Assembly (NCBI GenBank): GCA_964364175.1 | Contig: CAYILR010000014.1 | Location: 4,335 to 68,334 of the forward strand | Origin: an uncultured Bacteriovoracaceae bacterium | GTDB taxonomy: Bacteria > Bdellovibrionota > UBA1018 | Reading direction: 5' to 3' | DNA length: 64,000 bases | In this document: positions 1 through 8,999 of the stretch, piece by piece | Numbering within the stretch: the stretch's first letter is position 1 | Layout: each line of letters starts with the position of its first letter | Notes under the pieces: generated by a model | The model's database searches: none | What the model was told of the DNA's origin: nothing | What the model saw: only the letters and a program-made list of their open reading frames with translations | Translations under genes and position numbers: made by a program

Positions 1-138
1 GGAAGCGGCCTTGGACTGATGATTTCCAGAAAGATCGTCGAAGCCCATCAGGGCAGCATCACTGCCGGGCGCTCTGAGCGTCTCGATGGGGCACGCTTTG
101 ACATACTCATTCCAGCGATAGCGGAGGCGACAAAATGA
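1..138 (+). CDS. Sensor histidine kinase, C-terminal end (partial)
   Basis: Frame 1 reads GSGLGLMISRKIVEAHQGSI...GARFDILIP, the HATPase_c G2 box. Its stop overlaps the next start (ATGA at 135-138). Confidence 0.85.
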   Translation, partial: GSGLGLMISRKIVEAHQGSITAGRSERLDGARFDILIPAIAEATK

Positions 139-1553
139 CAGCACTTAACAACGCATTACCCAAGATCCTTGCGATCGACGACGATCCGTCGTGGCTAGAG
201 CAGATCCCACTGATTCTTGAAGATGAGTGCCAGGTGGAGAGCTACACAACGATCGACCAGGGACTCCGTGCGATCGCCATGGACTACTACGATGTACTTC
301 TTCTCGACCTCAACTTTGACGGCGATAGCCGCACAGGGCTCGACGTGTTCCGCAAAATTCAGGCACTGGATCGCGGCGTTGATGTCATTGTGGTGAGCGC
401 CGAAACAAACCCGGGGCGTTTGATCGAACTATTTAACGCGGGTGTAAGCCATTTTATTCCAAAACCCGCTACTCCAAATTCAATCCGTGAGGCAGTAAAA
501 AAGATGATCGAGCAGCGAGAACTACGAGCTCGCGCGGTCAATCGCGAGGTCAGCGGTAAAGAAGGACCCACGCTGATTGGCAGGTCGGCGGCAGCTCAAC
601 GTTTGCGTGCGGATATTCACCGAGTGGTGACCGCCAAGGCGAACAATATCTTGCTCCTGGGCGACACCGGATCGGGCAAAGAGGTCGTTGCAAAAATGAT
701 TGCGGGATACGCGGATCGGTCGCCCCGTTTTGTCGCGGTTCATTGCGGAGCGATCAATGCGGGCATCGCGGAATCAGAACTGTTTGGCCATGTTCGAGGC
801 GCCTTTACGGGTGCTGACCAGGGGCGCGCCGGGGCGTTTGAGGCCGCGGGCGGTGGCTATGTCTTTTTGGATGAAATCGGCGAAATGCCTCTTGCACAGC
901 AAGCAAAACTTTTGCGGGTGCTCCAAGAGCGAAAAGTCCAGCGTGTGGGTTCAAATGAGGAAAGGCCGTGCAACTTCCGGCTCATCGCTGCAACCAATAT
1001 CAATCTTGAGAAGGCCGTTCAGGAAAAACGGTTTCGCGAAGACCTCTACTACCGCATTGCGGGCGAGAAGATTATCATTCCGCCGTTAAGCGATCGAATC
1101 GAGGACATTCCAGAGTTAGTTTATGATGTGCTTGCGCAAAAGCCCGCTACTCGCAAAATGAAGCTGACCGCCGGGGCAATGGCACTGCTTCAGGCCCACG
1201 CGTGGCCGGGCAATGTGCGCGAGTTGTTTCATGCTGTTGAACGTCTGGCGAATCGTTGCACTGATCACGTGATCCGAGAAAAGGATGTCTGCACGGTAAT
1301 CCCAGAAGTGGCTTCCATATTCAATTCTCGTGCGACCAAGGTGCTCGTCGGTCGGTACGGCGCCCAACTCATCGCCGGGGAACGCAAACGCTTTGAGAAG
1401 GCAATCAATGAGGCGCATGGCAACCGTAATAAAGCGGCAATCATTCTTGGAATTTCACGGCCCACTTTTTTCCGGAAAGCAAAGGAGTTGGGACTCGTCA
1501 GGGAGCGAATTCGGGACGACGGCCCGACGGAAGGACCCGAGGTTACTCAATGA
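135..1553 (+). CDS. Sigma-54-dependent response regulator (NtrC family)
   Basis: Receiver domain (AIDDD, LLDL), Walker A GDTGSGKE, intact GAFTGA, FLDEIGEM, WPGNVREL and C-terminal Fis-type HTH. Confidence 0.95.
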   Translation: MTALNNALPKILAIDDDPSWLEQIPLILEDECQVESYTTIDQGLRAIAMDYYDVLLLDLNFDGDSRTGLDVFRKIQALDRGVDVIVVSAETNPGRLIELFNAGVSHFIPKPATPNSIREAVKKMIEQRELRARAVNREVSGKEGPTLIGRSAAAQRLRADIHRVVTAKANNILLLGDTGSGKEVVAKMIAGYADRSPRFVAVHCGAINAGIAESELFGHVRGAFTGADQGRAGAFEAAGGGYVFLDEIGEMPLAQQAKLLRVLQERKVQRVGSNEERPCNFRLIAATNINLEKAVQEKRFREDLYYRIAGEKIIIPPLSDRIEDIPELVYDVLAQKPATRKMKLTAGAMALLQAHAWPGNVRELFHAVERLANRCTDHVIREKDVCTVIPEVASIFNSRATKVLVGRYGAQLIAGERKRFEKAINEAHGNRNKAAIILGISRPTFFRKAKELGLVRERIRDDGPTEGPEVTQ

Positions 1554-2215
1554 TTGGAGGAATGAGTTCCTGTATGCTTCTACTTATGGCGGTTGCGACT
1601 CATAAGTCCGTAATCAAGATCGAGCCCCAGCAATTGACGTTGAGGGACGGCGCAAAGGTGAACGTTCGAGCGGCAACCAAGAAGGATGTTGGCGTAGTAA
1701 CCGATCTCATCCATCAAGCCTATGGCTACTGGATGGATGAATTTGGGCTAAAACTGAGTCCGCAAACCCAGCCCGCTGAGAAGACCGAAAAACACCTTGT
1801 CGGCCTAGGTTTTGTGGCAACGGATGAATCGGGAAAAATTGTGGCCACGTTTAGTTCGGATGAGGTCAAGATCACCGAGACTCCAGAGAATATCGACGTA
1901 AAGTTCCGCTTTGCCAACGAGGGAGTGTCTTACACGAAGGTGGAGAACCTCAATACGCCGATCAATGGGCGTTATTTAGAATTTAAGAAATTTGCGACCG
2001 ATCCGCGCCTCGGCAAGCAGGGACTTGGAAAGCAGCTGTATCTCCTGGCTGAAAACTTTGCCCGCGCCAACGGCTTTGATGGTGTCGAGCTGGAAACAGT
2101 CTACGAATGTCGTTGGCTTTATGAATGGTACGTGGAGATGGGCTTTCAGGTCATTGGTCGGCACCAGTATCCAGGCTCGAAGCTGGATACTTTGATTTTG
2201 GTGAAGATGTTTTAG
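1550..2215 (+). CDS. GNAT-family N-acetyltransferase
   Basis: Acetyl-CoA motif A FATDPRLGKQGLGKQL and C-terminal WYVEMGF. ATGA-coupled to the regulator. Confidence 0.8.
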   Translation: MIGGMSSCMLLLMAVATHKSVIKIEPQQLTLRDGAKVNVRAATKKDVGVVTDLIHQAYGYWMDEFGLKLSPQTQPAEKTEKHLVGLGFVATDESGKIVATFSSDEVKITETPENIDVKFRFANEGVSYTKVENLNTPINGRYLEFKKFATDPRLGKQGLGKQLYLLAENFARANGFDGVELETVYECRWLYEWYVEMGFQVIGRHQYPGSKLDTLILVKMF

Positions 2216-2218
2216 AGG

Positions 2219-2671
2219 ATGGCTGAAGTGAGAACTCGAAGGATGAAGCTAAAGAAAAACTTCACGCCCCCAAGTTTCGATGATGGCGACGAATTTTTCC
2301 CGAACGGCATCTTTGAATTCAACATCACGAAGCTGCTTTCGTTTATCGGTTCTCATCCGAGCGCATTTCCAGTCGAAAACGTCGACGTTTCCTCGTTGGT
2401 TCGCGGAGTCCCCGATCACCTGGACGACAAGACGGTCCAAAAGGCCAATCTAGCGAACCCGATCGTTCTTGCTGAAATCAGCCCTGGCCGCTTCAACGTG
2501 GTCGATGGCAATCATCGGCTTGAGAAGGCCATGCGCGACGGACTGAAGTCGATTCCGACGTACCGGGTGGCTGCCGAACAGCATGTACCTTTTATGAAAA
2601 CAGTCAGGGGTTACCAGGCGTATGTTAAATATTGGAATGAAAAACTGAGAGAGGCACCTGAGCAGAGATGA
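2219..2671 (+). CDS. Stand-alone ParB/Srx N-terminal domain protein
   Basis: PIVL...FNVVDGNHRLEKA motif of the ParB/sulfiredoxin fold, with no HTH. Confidence 0.7.
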   Translation: MAEVRTRRMKLKKNFTPPSFDDGDEFFPNGIFEFNITKLLSFIGSHPSAFPVENVDVSSLVRGVPDHLDDKTVQKANLANPIVLAEISPGRFNVVDGNHRLEKAMRDGLKSIPTYRVAAEQHVPFMKTVRGYQAYVKYWNEKLREAPEQR

Positions 2672-3279
2672 TGACCGCCTTTTTTCCGACTGATCCAAAA
2701 AAAATCCGCGATAGAATCAAACGGTACGAGCGCGCATTCAAGGATCCACACCACGATGACGGAGCTGGCAAACGCTTCCTCTTGGGCCCGCTCTACATGC
2801 TCATGGGGGACCTTCCAGGCGCATTGAAGTCTTACACCTGGTACAAGAAGACCTTTCCAGACGACTGCTGCGAGGCATTCAATCACCTGTGCTGGACTCT
2901 GGCACTTTTGAGGTCGGATGACGAGAAGACTGCGAAGGCGAAACTGCGAGAGCTGATTTTTGACAACCTTTACATCGTACCCATTTTCTTTGGTGAGGCT
3001 CCGGCCAATCACGGCTTTCGTCATTTCTCAAACTGGAGCGAAGCCGCTTATATCTTGGAAGGTCCGAAGGACGAACTGTTTGCACTATGGAACGAGGCCG
3101 AAGCCTCCTGGCTCAAAGCGCAATGGCATTCGCCAGAACTCCAGGTCGACCTCGCGAAATATATTGAACTCCAACGGAAGCTCGACAAAACGTCGGGAGC
3201 AGAGGCTCGAAGCAAAATCATGAAAGAGGCTGATCGAGTAGCACGTGGGCAAAATCATTTGCGCGTCGTGAAGGCATGA
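2668..3279 (+). CDS. Hypothetical helical (TPR-like) protein
   Basis: 203-aa ORF ATGA-coupled to the ParB-like gene. No catalytic motif recognised. Confidence 0.6.
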   Translation: MMTAFFPTDPKKIRDRIKRYERAFKDPHHDDGAGKRFLLGPLYMLMGDLPGALKSYTWYKKTFPDDCCEAFNHLCWTLALLRSDDEKTAKAKLRELIFDNLYIVPIFFGEAPANHGFRHFSNWSEAAYILEGPKDELFALWNEAEASWLKAQWHSPELQVDLAKYIELQRKLDKTSGAEARSKIMKEADRVARGQNHLRVVKA

Positions 3280-3285
3280 AGGCGT

Positions 3286-3358
3286 TGAGACTCGGTTCTT
3301 AGCCAGCTCACCTTACTCCAGTGAGACTCCGCGAGACTCAGTCTCACGCGTGAGACTC
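3286..3358. promoter_or_regulatory. Cluster of GAGACT boxes with an 18-bp perfect palindrome (candidate activator binding site)
   Basis: (T/C)GAGACTC at 3286, 3322, 3332 and 3351, and palindrome AGTCTCACGCGTGAGACT at 3340-3357, upstream of a sigma-54-like promoter. Confidence 0.55.
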
Positions 3359-3420
3359 CGAGATCGCTGCAGATCCTAGACAAAACAACGCTTTACCCAA
3401 TACCACCAAAATCCAGGCTC

Positions 3421-3437
3421 TTGGCACGGCCTTGCAT
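3421..3437 (+). promoter_or_regulatory. Sigma-54-like -24/-12 promoter (spacing one base short)
   Basis: TTGGCACGGCCTTGCAT has both consensus boxes, but is GG-N9-GC rather than GG-N10-GC. Confidence 0.5.
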
Positions 3438-3461
3438 TAACTCCCCGTGAAAGGGGATTTT

Positions 3462-5735
3462 ATGAACCAGGATTTTGGAAACCGGCAGACTTTGCTCTTC
3501 ATCGCATTCAGTTTGATGGGCGTTCTAATACTTGTTGGATGCCAATCGAAAACGCCCAGCGAAGTCCCTTTGCCTCAGGCGCTACCTAAGAACGCTCCAC
3601 CGATGGCGTTACCAAAAGACTCGCCCACAGAACCTTCCACGCCGCAAATACAAACAGGTGACTGGGATTTTTCAATTCAAGAATCGACGTACGTCAAAGC
3701 AGAAATTCGCAAGCTTCGAAAAGAAGCAGAGGAAGCCGCCCGAAATCAGCTGGATGCTGCTCAAATAGTACCCATTCCCCCGAGCGAAACGAGTTCAAAA
3801 TACGGAGTGTCGCTCTACCAACTCAAGAATTCTCCTGGCCGTGAGCAAGACGTATTTATTCAGCCAAAAATTTTTGTTCGTAGCAGTGTTTTTGGAGGCC
3901 GAGTGTACTCTTCAAAAAATGCGTTTAAACAGGTGACGTTGCGAATTCCCGTTGCCTTGGTCGATGGGTTATCCAGAACAATTTCGTCAGGGCTTTCTAC
4001 GGTGACTCTACCCGATGAGTACGTCATTCAAGATATCGACGTGTTTCGAGATGCGCTCAGTCGGGAACTCGGATTTAAACCTAATTTGCATCCCACTTCG
4101 GCGTGCCCGGCAAATATGGTGCTGGCATTTGGAGATGAGCGCCTTCCTGTCAAATCACTCCTTCCGAGAGGAGTGTGCCCCATCAATCAATTTTTTGACG
4201 TCTCGGTCACTGGGAGTGAAAGCCAGATCCAAAAACTCATCGAACAAGAGATGTCCAGTCGTTCCGCTCAATTGGTTGCAGTTCTTGGAAGCGCGCCTCA
4301 GCTTTTGAAGGAAATTACGGATATTCAAATTTCCGGATCTCATCTACGCGAACAGATTTACAAAAAATTTGTTGAACTTCCGTACCAGCTCGAATCCGGT
4401 GATTTTCTTTTGTATCCAGCTGCGAGTGTCAGACGAGGTGTCGAAGAAGTGCTCACGGATATTTTGGCAGAAGTAGGACTGAGCCTGACTCAAAAAACAG
4501 ATTGGGTCCCCTGGATCGACGAAATCCTTGCTAACTATTTTGATTCGGAAGTCTGCGGTGAGGATCTGGGAGTTTGTTTGCGGCCTCGCTCGGCTCCAGT
4601 GATCAATGAGCCCATCGTCCGCTGGAGTGTTTTTGATACTGAAAATATATCGAAGTCCGCTTTTGTCGTTGGAACGACAACCACGCTTCGAAGCCTAACC
4701 ACCGACGAAAGCGCATTTACCGCTCCTTTTGAAAACACGGACGATTCGGTTCCGCCAATTCAAGGCAGAGTCGCAGGACTCCTAAGGCCCGTTCATGAGG
4801 GAGATTTGGTTGAATTTGAACTCACTGGCATCAGTGCTTTACGTCGGCAACATAGCGCACCGATTTTGGACGAGAGCCTGAGTCATCCTGAAAATCCCGT
4901 ATGTGTTGCGTGGGGCGACCCACCCACTCGGCCAGAGCCTGATTATTCAGTTTGCTTGGAATGGAACATGGGTTGTTCACGCTCTCACGAAGCTTGCGTT
5001 CAAAACGAAACTTATTGTGGATCGGGCCACCGTGAGTGCGTGGAACGCGGAAACGGCATTTGTTTTTTCTGTTGCAAGCACGTGGGCGATATTTGTGATC
5101 GTTGGGACGTGCGTTGTGTTCGCACGGAAACGAGGTGCGATGAGTGGACCCCCACGAGTTGCCGAACCTTCGGAACTCGGATGGTGCCTGCAGGACCCGC
5201 TCCCTGTATTCAAACGGAAAATCAATGGTCTAAATTCTGGAGAGTGTCTGAAGTCGCATCGATCATCAAGACACCGATTTCCCCAGTGGCCTTCGATTTA
5301 GAAAGTCTGTCTCAGGGAATTCAAATTCAGCTCACGCATTGGGAGCCATCAGAGGCCGGTGACTACAGACTGGTGAAAACGGTTTGCCCTTTGTCGGCGT
5401 TTCATCCCACGACAGAATTGCGCGAAGACTTAAAAATCCGCTTTCGTCTTGCTAACAATATTTCGGCCAATTGTTTTCCATTTAACTCTTGGAACCGAAA
5501 AGAGGGACGCGAGCCTGAGCTCGCCATCATCAATAGTTTGGCCAAGCCAGAGCGATACGAATGTGGATTTCGTGAGGAGTTTTGGAACGGGAAAGTGGTC
5601 TACACTTGCCCAAAACTCGAGAGGTCATCCGATCGGCCTATTTTTGACGCCTACTATCCGAGACTGGAGCTTCGAGGAATTTTAAGGCTTCCAGGGACAT
5701 CGTTTGTTTCAACAGAGAAAGGAATCGAACCATGA
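3462..5735 (+). CDS. Large cysteine-ladder lipoprotein 1 heading the T4SS operon
   Basis: RBS AAGGGG before ATG 3462, lipobox LILVG-C, 14-Cys insert at 4902-5207. Shares motifs with the next gene (VFIQPK, CP...F, C.PFN.WN...P..A..N, Y.CG). Confidence 0.8.
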   Translation: MNQDFGNRQTLLFIAFSLMGVLILVGCQSKTPSEVPLPQALPKNAPPMALPKDSPTEPSTPQIQTGDWDFSIQESTYVKAEIRKLRKEAEEAARNQLDAAQIVPIPPSETSSKYGVSLYQLKNSPGREQDVFIQPKIFVRSSVFGGRVYSSKNAFKQVTLRIPVALVDGLSRTISSGLSTVTLPDEYVIQDIDVFRDALSRELGFKPNLHPTSACPANMVLAFGDERLPVKSLLPRGVCPINQFFDVSVTGSESQIQKLIEQEMSSRSAQLVAVLGSAPQLLKEITDIQISGSHLREQIYKKFVELPYQLESGDFLLYPAASVRRGVEEVLTDILAEVGLSLTQKTDWVPWIDEILANYFDSEVCGEDLGVCLRPRSAPVINEPIVRWSVFDTENISKSAFVVGTTTTLRSLTTDESAFTAPFENTDDSVPPIQGRVAGLLRPVHEGDLVEFELTGISALRRQHSAPILDESLSHPENPVCVAWGDPPTRPEPDYSVCLEWNMGCSRSHEACVQNETYCGSGHRECVERGNGICFFCCKHVGDICDRWDVRCVRTETRCDEWTPTSCRTFGTRMVPAGPAPCIQTENQWSKFWRVSEVASIIKTPISPVAFDLESLSQGIQIQLTHWEPSEAGDYRLVKTVCPLSAFHPTTELREDLKIRFRLANNISANCFPFNSWNRKEGREPELAIINSLAKPERYECGFREEFWNGKVVYTCPKLERSSDRPIFDAYYPRLELRGILRLPGTSFVSTEKGIEP

Positions 5736-8179
5736 GAGTACAGTTCTATGGTCAACTCATCGTTTTTGGGATGAGTAGCATTTTGGTTTCAGGCTGCTCA
5801 TTTAAAAAAACGTCAGCAGTAACAGATCCAGCACATCCATCACCCGGGATCTCTCAAGGTCCCCAAAGTGGGAACGCAGCCGCTGCGGTAACAGACGGAG
5901 CACCGGCGCCCGTTGCTTGGGATGATACCACGCTCTCTGTTCCTGGCGTTGTCCTGCGTGTAAAATCGATGCCCGCCGATTTGCAGATCCAGAATAAAAA
6001 ATCGTTTCGAGTTCCGGATTTAGAAGAAATCCATTCTGATTTTTCAGGATCTTATACCCTTTATCGAATGAAAAATGCGCCAGCTCAAATCGAAAATCCG
6101 CAGAGCATTGTATTCATCCAACCCAAAGTATTTGTCTATGGAACTGCTCAAGGTGGCAACGTCGTACAGCTGACCTCACGAGACAATAAGACTGCGTCAC
6201 TCACCTTTGCCATGGCGTTTGTGGATGGAACGAGAGCGTCTTTGCCCAGCCACGAAGGAACTCACGCTGTAGTTCTTCCTGATTCGCTCACGATTCCAAG
6301 CCTTGAAAAATTGAAGACGGATCTCCGTGCTCAGATCGGAATCGAGCCTAGACTCATGGGGCTTACGACTTGCCCCAGGCAGATGGAGCTTCGTTACCTC
6401 CGAGGAGGCAGTACGGAACGCCTTCCTCTTTTGCCGACTGTATCCATTCGTAACCGCTGTCCCATGGATGAATTTTTTACGGTAACAGTGAGATCGACGC
6501 GTGAGGAAATCAATGACCTGGTTCAAAACGGAATCGTGGATGGATTAGGCGTTCAGCTCCAGGCTGATTTTCAGGTGCAATACCGAGAGGCGGTTGCTTT
6601 TTATTCTTTGGAGCTAGAGCCCATGCAGCTTTACACGGAACTCAGAAAAAAATTCATTGAAACCCCTTTTGGTCAAAGCAGTGATCCCACGATCTATTTT
6701 GCCTTTCAGTTAGTGGAGCCCTTGGAAGCGATGCTCAGAGATCGAGTGACGCAAACGGGAGTCACCGATGGATGGATTCCTTATTTCCAAGGAGTTCAAA
6801 TCCTGATGGATACTTTTTTTGATTCGGTAAAGCCAGAAGAAGGCTGCCAGGCACCAAACCGGTGTTTTCGATTAAAACATGAACTGAGTGTCAAAATGGA
6901 TGAGCCTGTTGAGCTTCAGTGGATCGAAAACAGTTTACTGGCAGCGTCTCAAAGAATACCCACGGTGACTTTTGTCAAAGGACTCTCCGAAACCTATCCC
7001 ATTCAAGTCAACAGTACACGTGTATTACCCGTGGCTGGAGTGGTACCTAGCCAGGAAGCTTGTGACGCAGTCAAAGGGAATATTCCGGGGTGCAAAGATT
7101 TTAGCTGTGAAAAATTCTCAGAAAATCCCTACTGCCGATTCCCCAAGCACCGAAATCCCATTCATGCGTTTCAGGTGTTTCCTGGGGCCAAAATCAAATT
7201 GTCGTTTGACCGAATCACCGAATGGGGTTTTGAGCTGCCTTCGCCCAGGGAAGATACGACGGCTGATCAAAAAAAGGGCACGATCAAATGCGCGGATACA
7301 GAGCCCATTCCCGGCGCATGTGTGGAGTACGAAGAGTATTGCCCAGTCGATAAAGTTCCCTTTTGTAAGCATCAAAAGGACGATTGTGTCGAAGAGCATA
7401 CGATTTTTCAGGACTACTGTCGTAACGAGCGAACGACCGAACGAAGTTGCGGATTTTTAGGGCTGGGTCATTGCAAGGAAGTGCTCAAAGAAAATCGCAC
7501 GATTTGCGAGCATGTAGAAGCGGGACATGAGTGTTTGCGTTGGAAATCGTCCTGCGATGGCGAAGTCGAGATGGTCTGTCCTCGGACTGAACGACGATGC
7601 AAAACTCCAGCAGTCACCTGCAATCAATGGACGACGGAATTTTATTCAAAATATACGTACTCGGAACCTTGGGTCAGACCCCAGACTCTCAATCTCGACA
7701 AGGGACAAACCATCGAACAACTTTGGGACGGGCTGGATCTCGAGTTTAGCTGGTTAGAAGAAGATGCGCGGACTTGGCACAGTGTCGCCTGTCCGATCAA
7801 GGCGTTTGCTAATCGCGTCGATGGGTATTCGATTACGGTCTTACTCGAAAATCAAGACGATACGAGTTGCCAACCTTTCAATACATGGAACACCCAGCCC
7901 GGGCGGTGGCCACAAATTGCAGTGGTTAATCACATCAATTTTGAAAAACCCTACCTTTGCGGAACTTTGGAGTGGACACACTCGATTGCTGCTGACCCAA
8001 ATGCCAAGGAGCATGTCGTGGATCGCCTGGAGTATCGCTGCTCTGAGCGCCAGGACTTGGGGCCATCCAGTACACCTATCGTCAATACCTACACACCGAT
8101 TGTGGATCTTGAAGGAACTGTCTCAATTTTGGGCCGAAGCATGGACACCATTAGCTCGATGTCAGGGGGAACATTATGA
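5732..8179 (+). CDS. Large cysteine-ladder lipoprotein 2 (paralogue of lipoprotein 1)
   Basis: Lipobox ILVSG-C, 14-Cys insert at 7289-7621, ATGA-coupled on both sides. Confidence 0.8.
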   Translation: MRVQFYGQLIVFGMSSILVSGCSFKKTSAVTDPAHPSPGISQGPQSGNAAAAVTDGAPAPVAWDDTTLSVPGVVLRVKSMPADLQIQNKKSFRVPDLEEIHSDFSGSYTLYRMKNAPAQIENPQSIVFIQPKVFVYGTAQGGNVVQLTSRDNKTASLTFAMAFVDGTRASLPSHEGTHAVVLPDSLTIPSLEKLKTDLRAQIGIEPRLMGLTTCPRQMELRYLRGGSTERLPLLPTVSIRNRCPMDEFFTVTVRSTREEINDLVQNGIVDGLGVQLQADFQVQYREAVAFYSLELEPMQLYTELRKKFIETPFGQSSDPTIYFAFQLVEPLEAMLRDRVTQTGVTDGWIPYFQGVQILMDTFFDSVKPEEGCQAPNRCFRLKHELSVKMDEPVELQWIENSLLAASQRIPTVTFVKGLSETYPIQVNSTRVLPVAGVVPSQEACDAVKGNIPGCKDFSCEKFSENPYCRFPKHRNPIHAFQVFPGAKIKLSFDRITEWGFELPSPREDTTADQKKGTIKCADTEPIPGACVEYEEYCPVDKVPFCKHQKDDCVEEHTIFQDYCRNERTTERSCGFLGLGHCKEVLKENRTICEHVEAGHECLRWKSSCDGEVEMVCPRTERRCKTPAVTCNQWTTEFYSKYTYSEPWVRPQTLNLDKGQTIEQLWDGLDLEFSWLEEDARTWHSVACPIKAFANRVDGYSITVLLENQDDTSCQPFNTWNTQPGRWPQIAVVNHINFEKPYLCGTLEWTHSIAADPNAKEHVVDRLEYRCSERQDLGPSSTPIVNTYTPIVDLEGTVSILGRSMDTISSMSGGTL

Positions 8180-8685
8180 GAGCGTGGATGTCCATGTTTT
8201 TGCTTCTCGCTTCCGGCTGCGCAAGCCTATCGAACCGCGACAAAATACTGATCACCATGGGAGTCGTAGGAGTCGCAGCCGGAACAGCGGGGGCACTTTT
8301 GATAGCCCCACCCGAAGATAATAAGCTTCCACACGCGGGACTTTGGGGAGGGCTGGGGGCCGCCACTGCTGGAATCGCGTCACTCTTTATTTTTGACGAA
8401 GAAGCCAAACGAAAAGAGGCCGAAGTCAAAATCGCGAAACTTGAAAAAGAAATTGCTTCGATGAAAGAAGAGACAGCGCCCGAACTCATCGCCACGAATC
8501 ACGTGGGCGCATCCAAGCCGCTCCCAGAAAAGTACCGTTCTCTCGTTACACCGGGACAGTGGAGTTTATATCAAGTCGATCGCTGGGTTTCGTCCTCGGA
8601 CAGTGAATTAGTGCATCAGGATCTTATTTTTCGATTTCATCAACCCCAACTTAACCCGTCGGGAAAACTCCCGGCACATCCTTGA
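8176..8685 (+). CDS. Lipoprotein with glycine zipper; possible TraV/VirB7-like T4SS component
   Basis: Lipobox LASG-C, two Gly/Ala-rich helices, a coiled coil, and position within the tra operon. Confidence 0.5.
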   Translation: MRAWMSMFLLLASGCASLSNRDKILITMGVVGVAAGTAGALLIAPPEDNKLPHAGLWGGLGAATAGIASLFIFDEEAKRKEAEVKIAKLEKEIASMKEETAPELIATNHVGASKPLPEKYRSLVTPGQWSLYQVDRWVSSSDSELVHQDLIFRFHQPQLNPSGKLPAHP

Positions 8686-8696
8686 AAGGAATGATT

Positions 8697-8996
8697 ATGA
8701 AAATTTCTCAAACGATAGCTCTGGGTGTGGTGATCGTCGCGGCTGCCACCTTTACTTCCACCTGGTGTTTTGCAGCCAGGGACCTGACCTCGGCAGCAAC
8801 TACAGCCGTGAGTCAAGCCACTTTGATTGCAAAAGCTGCCAGCGTTTTGGGCGTTCTGGCCGGTGCAGTTTCCTATCAAATTCCAGGCGCTGCGGGCTGG
8901 GCACAGCGAGTGCTGACGAGCGGTCTTATTGGTGCTGGACTTGCGTTTGGCGGTCCCAGTTTACTTGGGCTTTTTCGCACGATTTTTGGAGGATGA
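8697..8996 (+). CDS. VirB2/TrbC-like conjugative pilin
   Basis: About 100 aa with signal peptide and two hydrophobic segments, directly upstream of virB3/virB4-like genes. Confidence 0.65.
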   Translation: MKISQTIALGVVIVAAATFTSTWCFAARDLTSAATTAVSQATLIAKAASVLGVLAGAVSYQIPGAAGWAQRVLTSGLIGAGLAFGGPSLLGLFRTIFGG

Positions 8997-8999
8997 CTC

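Noticed and set aside
3286-3358. Possible CRISPR or iteron array
   Set aside because: The units are only 6-8 bp, irregularly spaced and in both orientations, with no spacers or cas genes.
5041-5075. ERGNGICFF resembles the flavivirus fusion loop RGWGNGCGLF
   Set aside because: The match is too short to imply homology. It is kept only as an analogy in the ladder finding.
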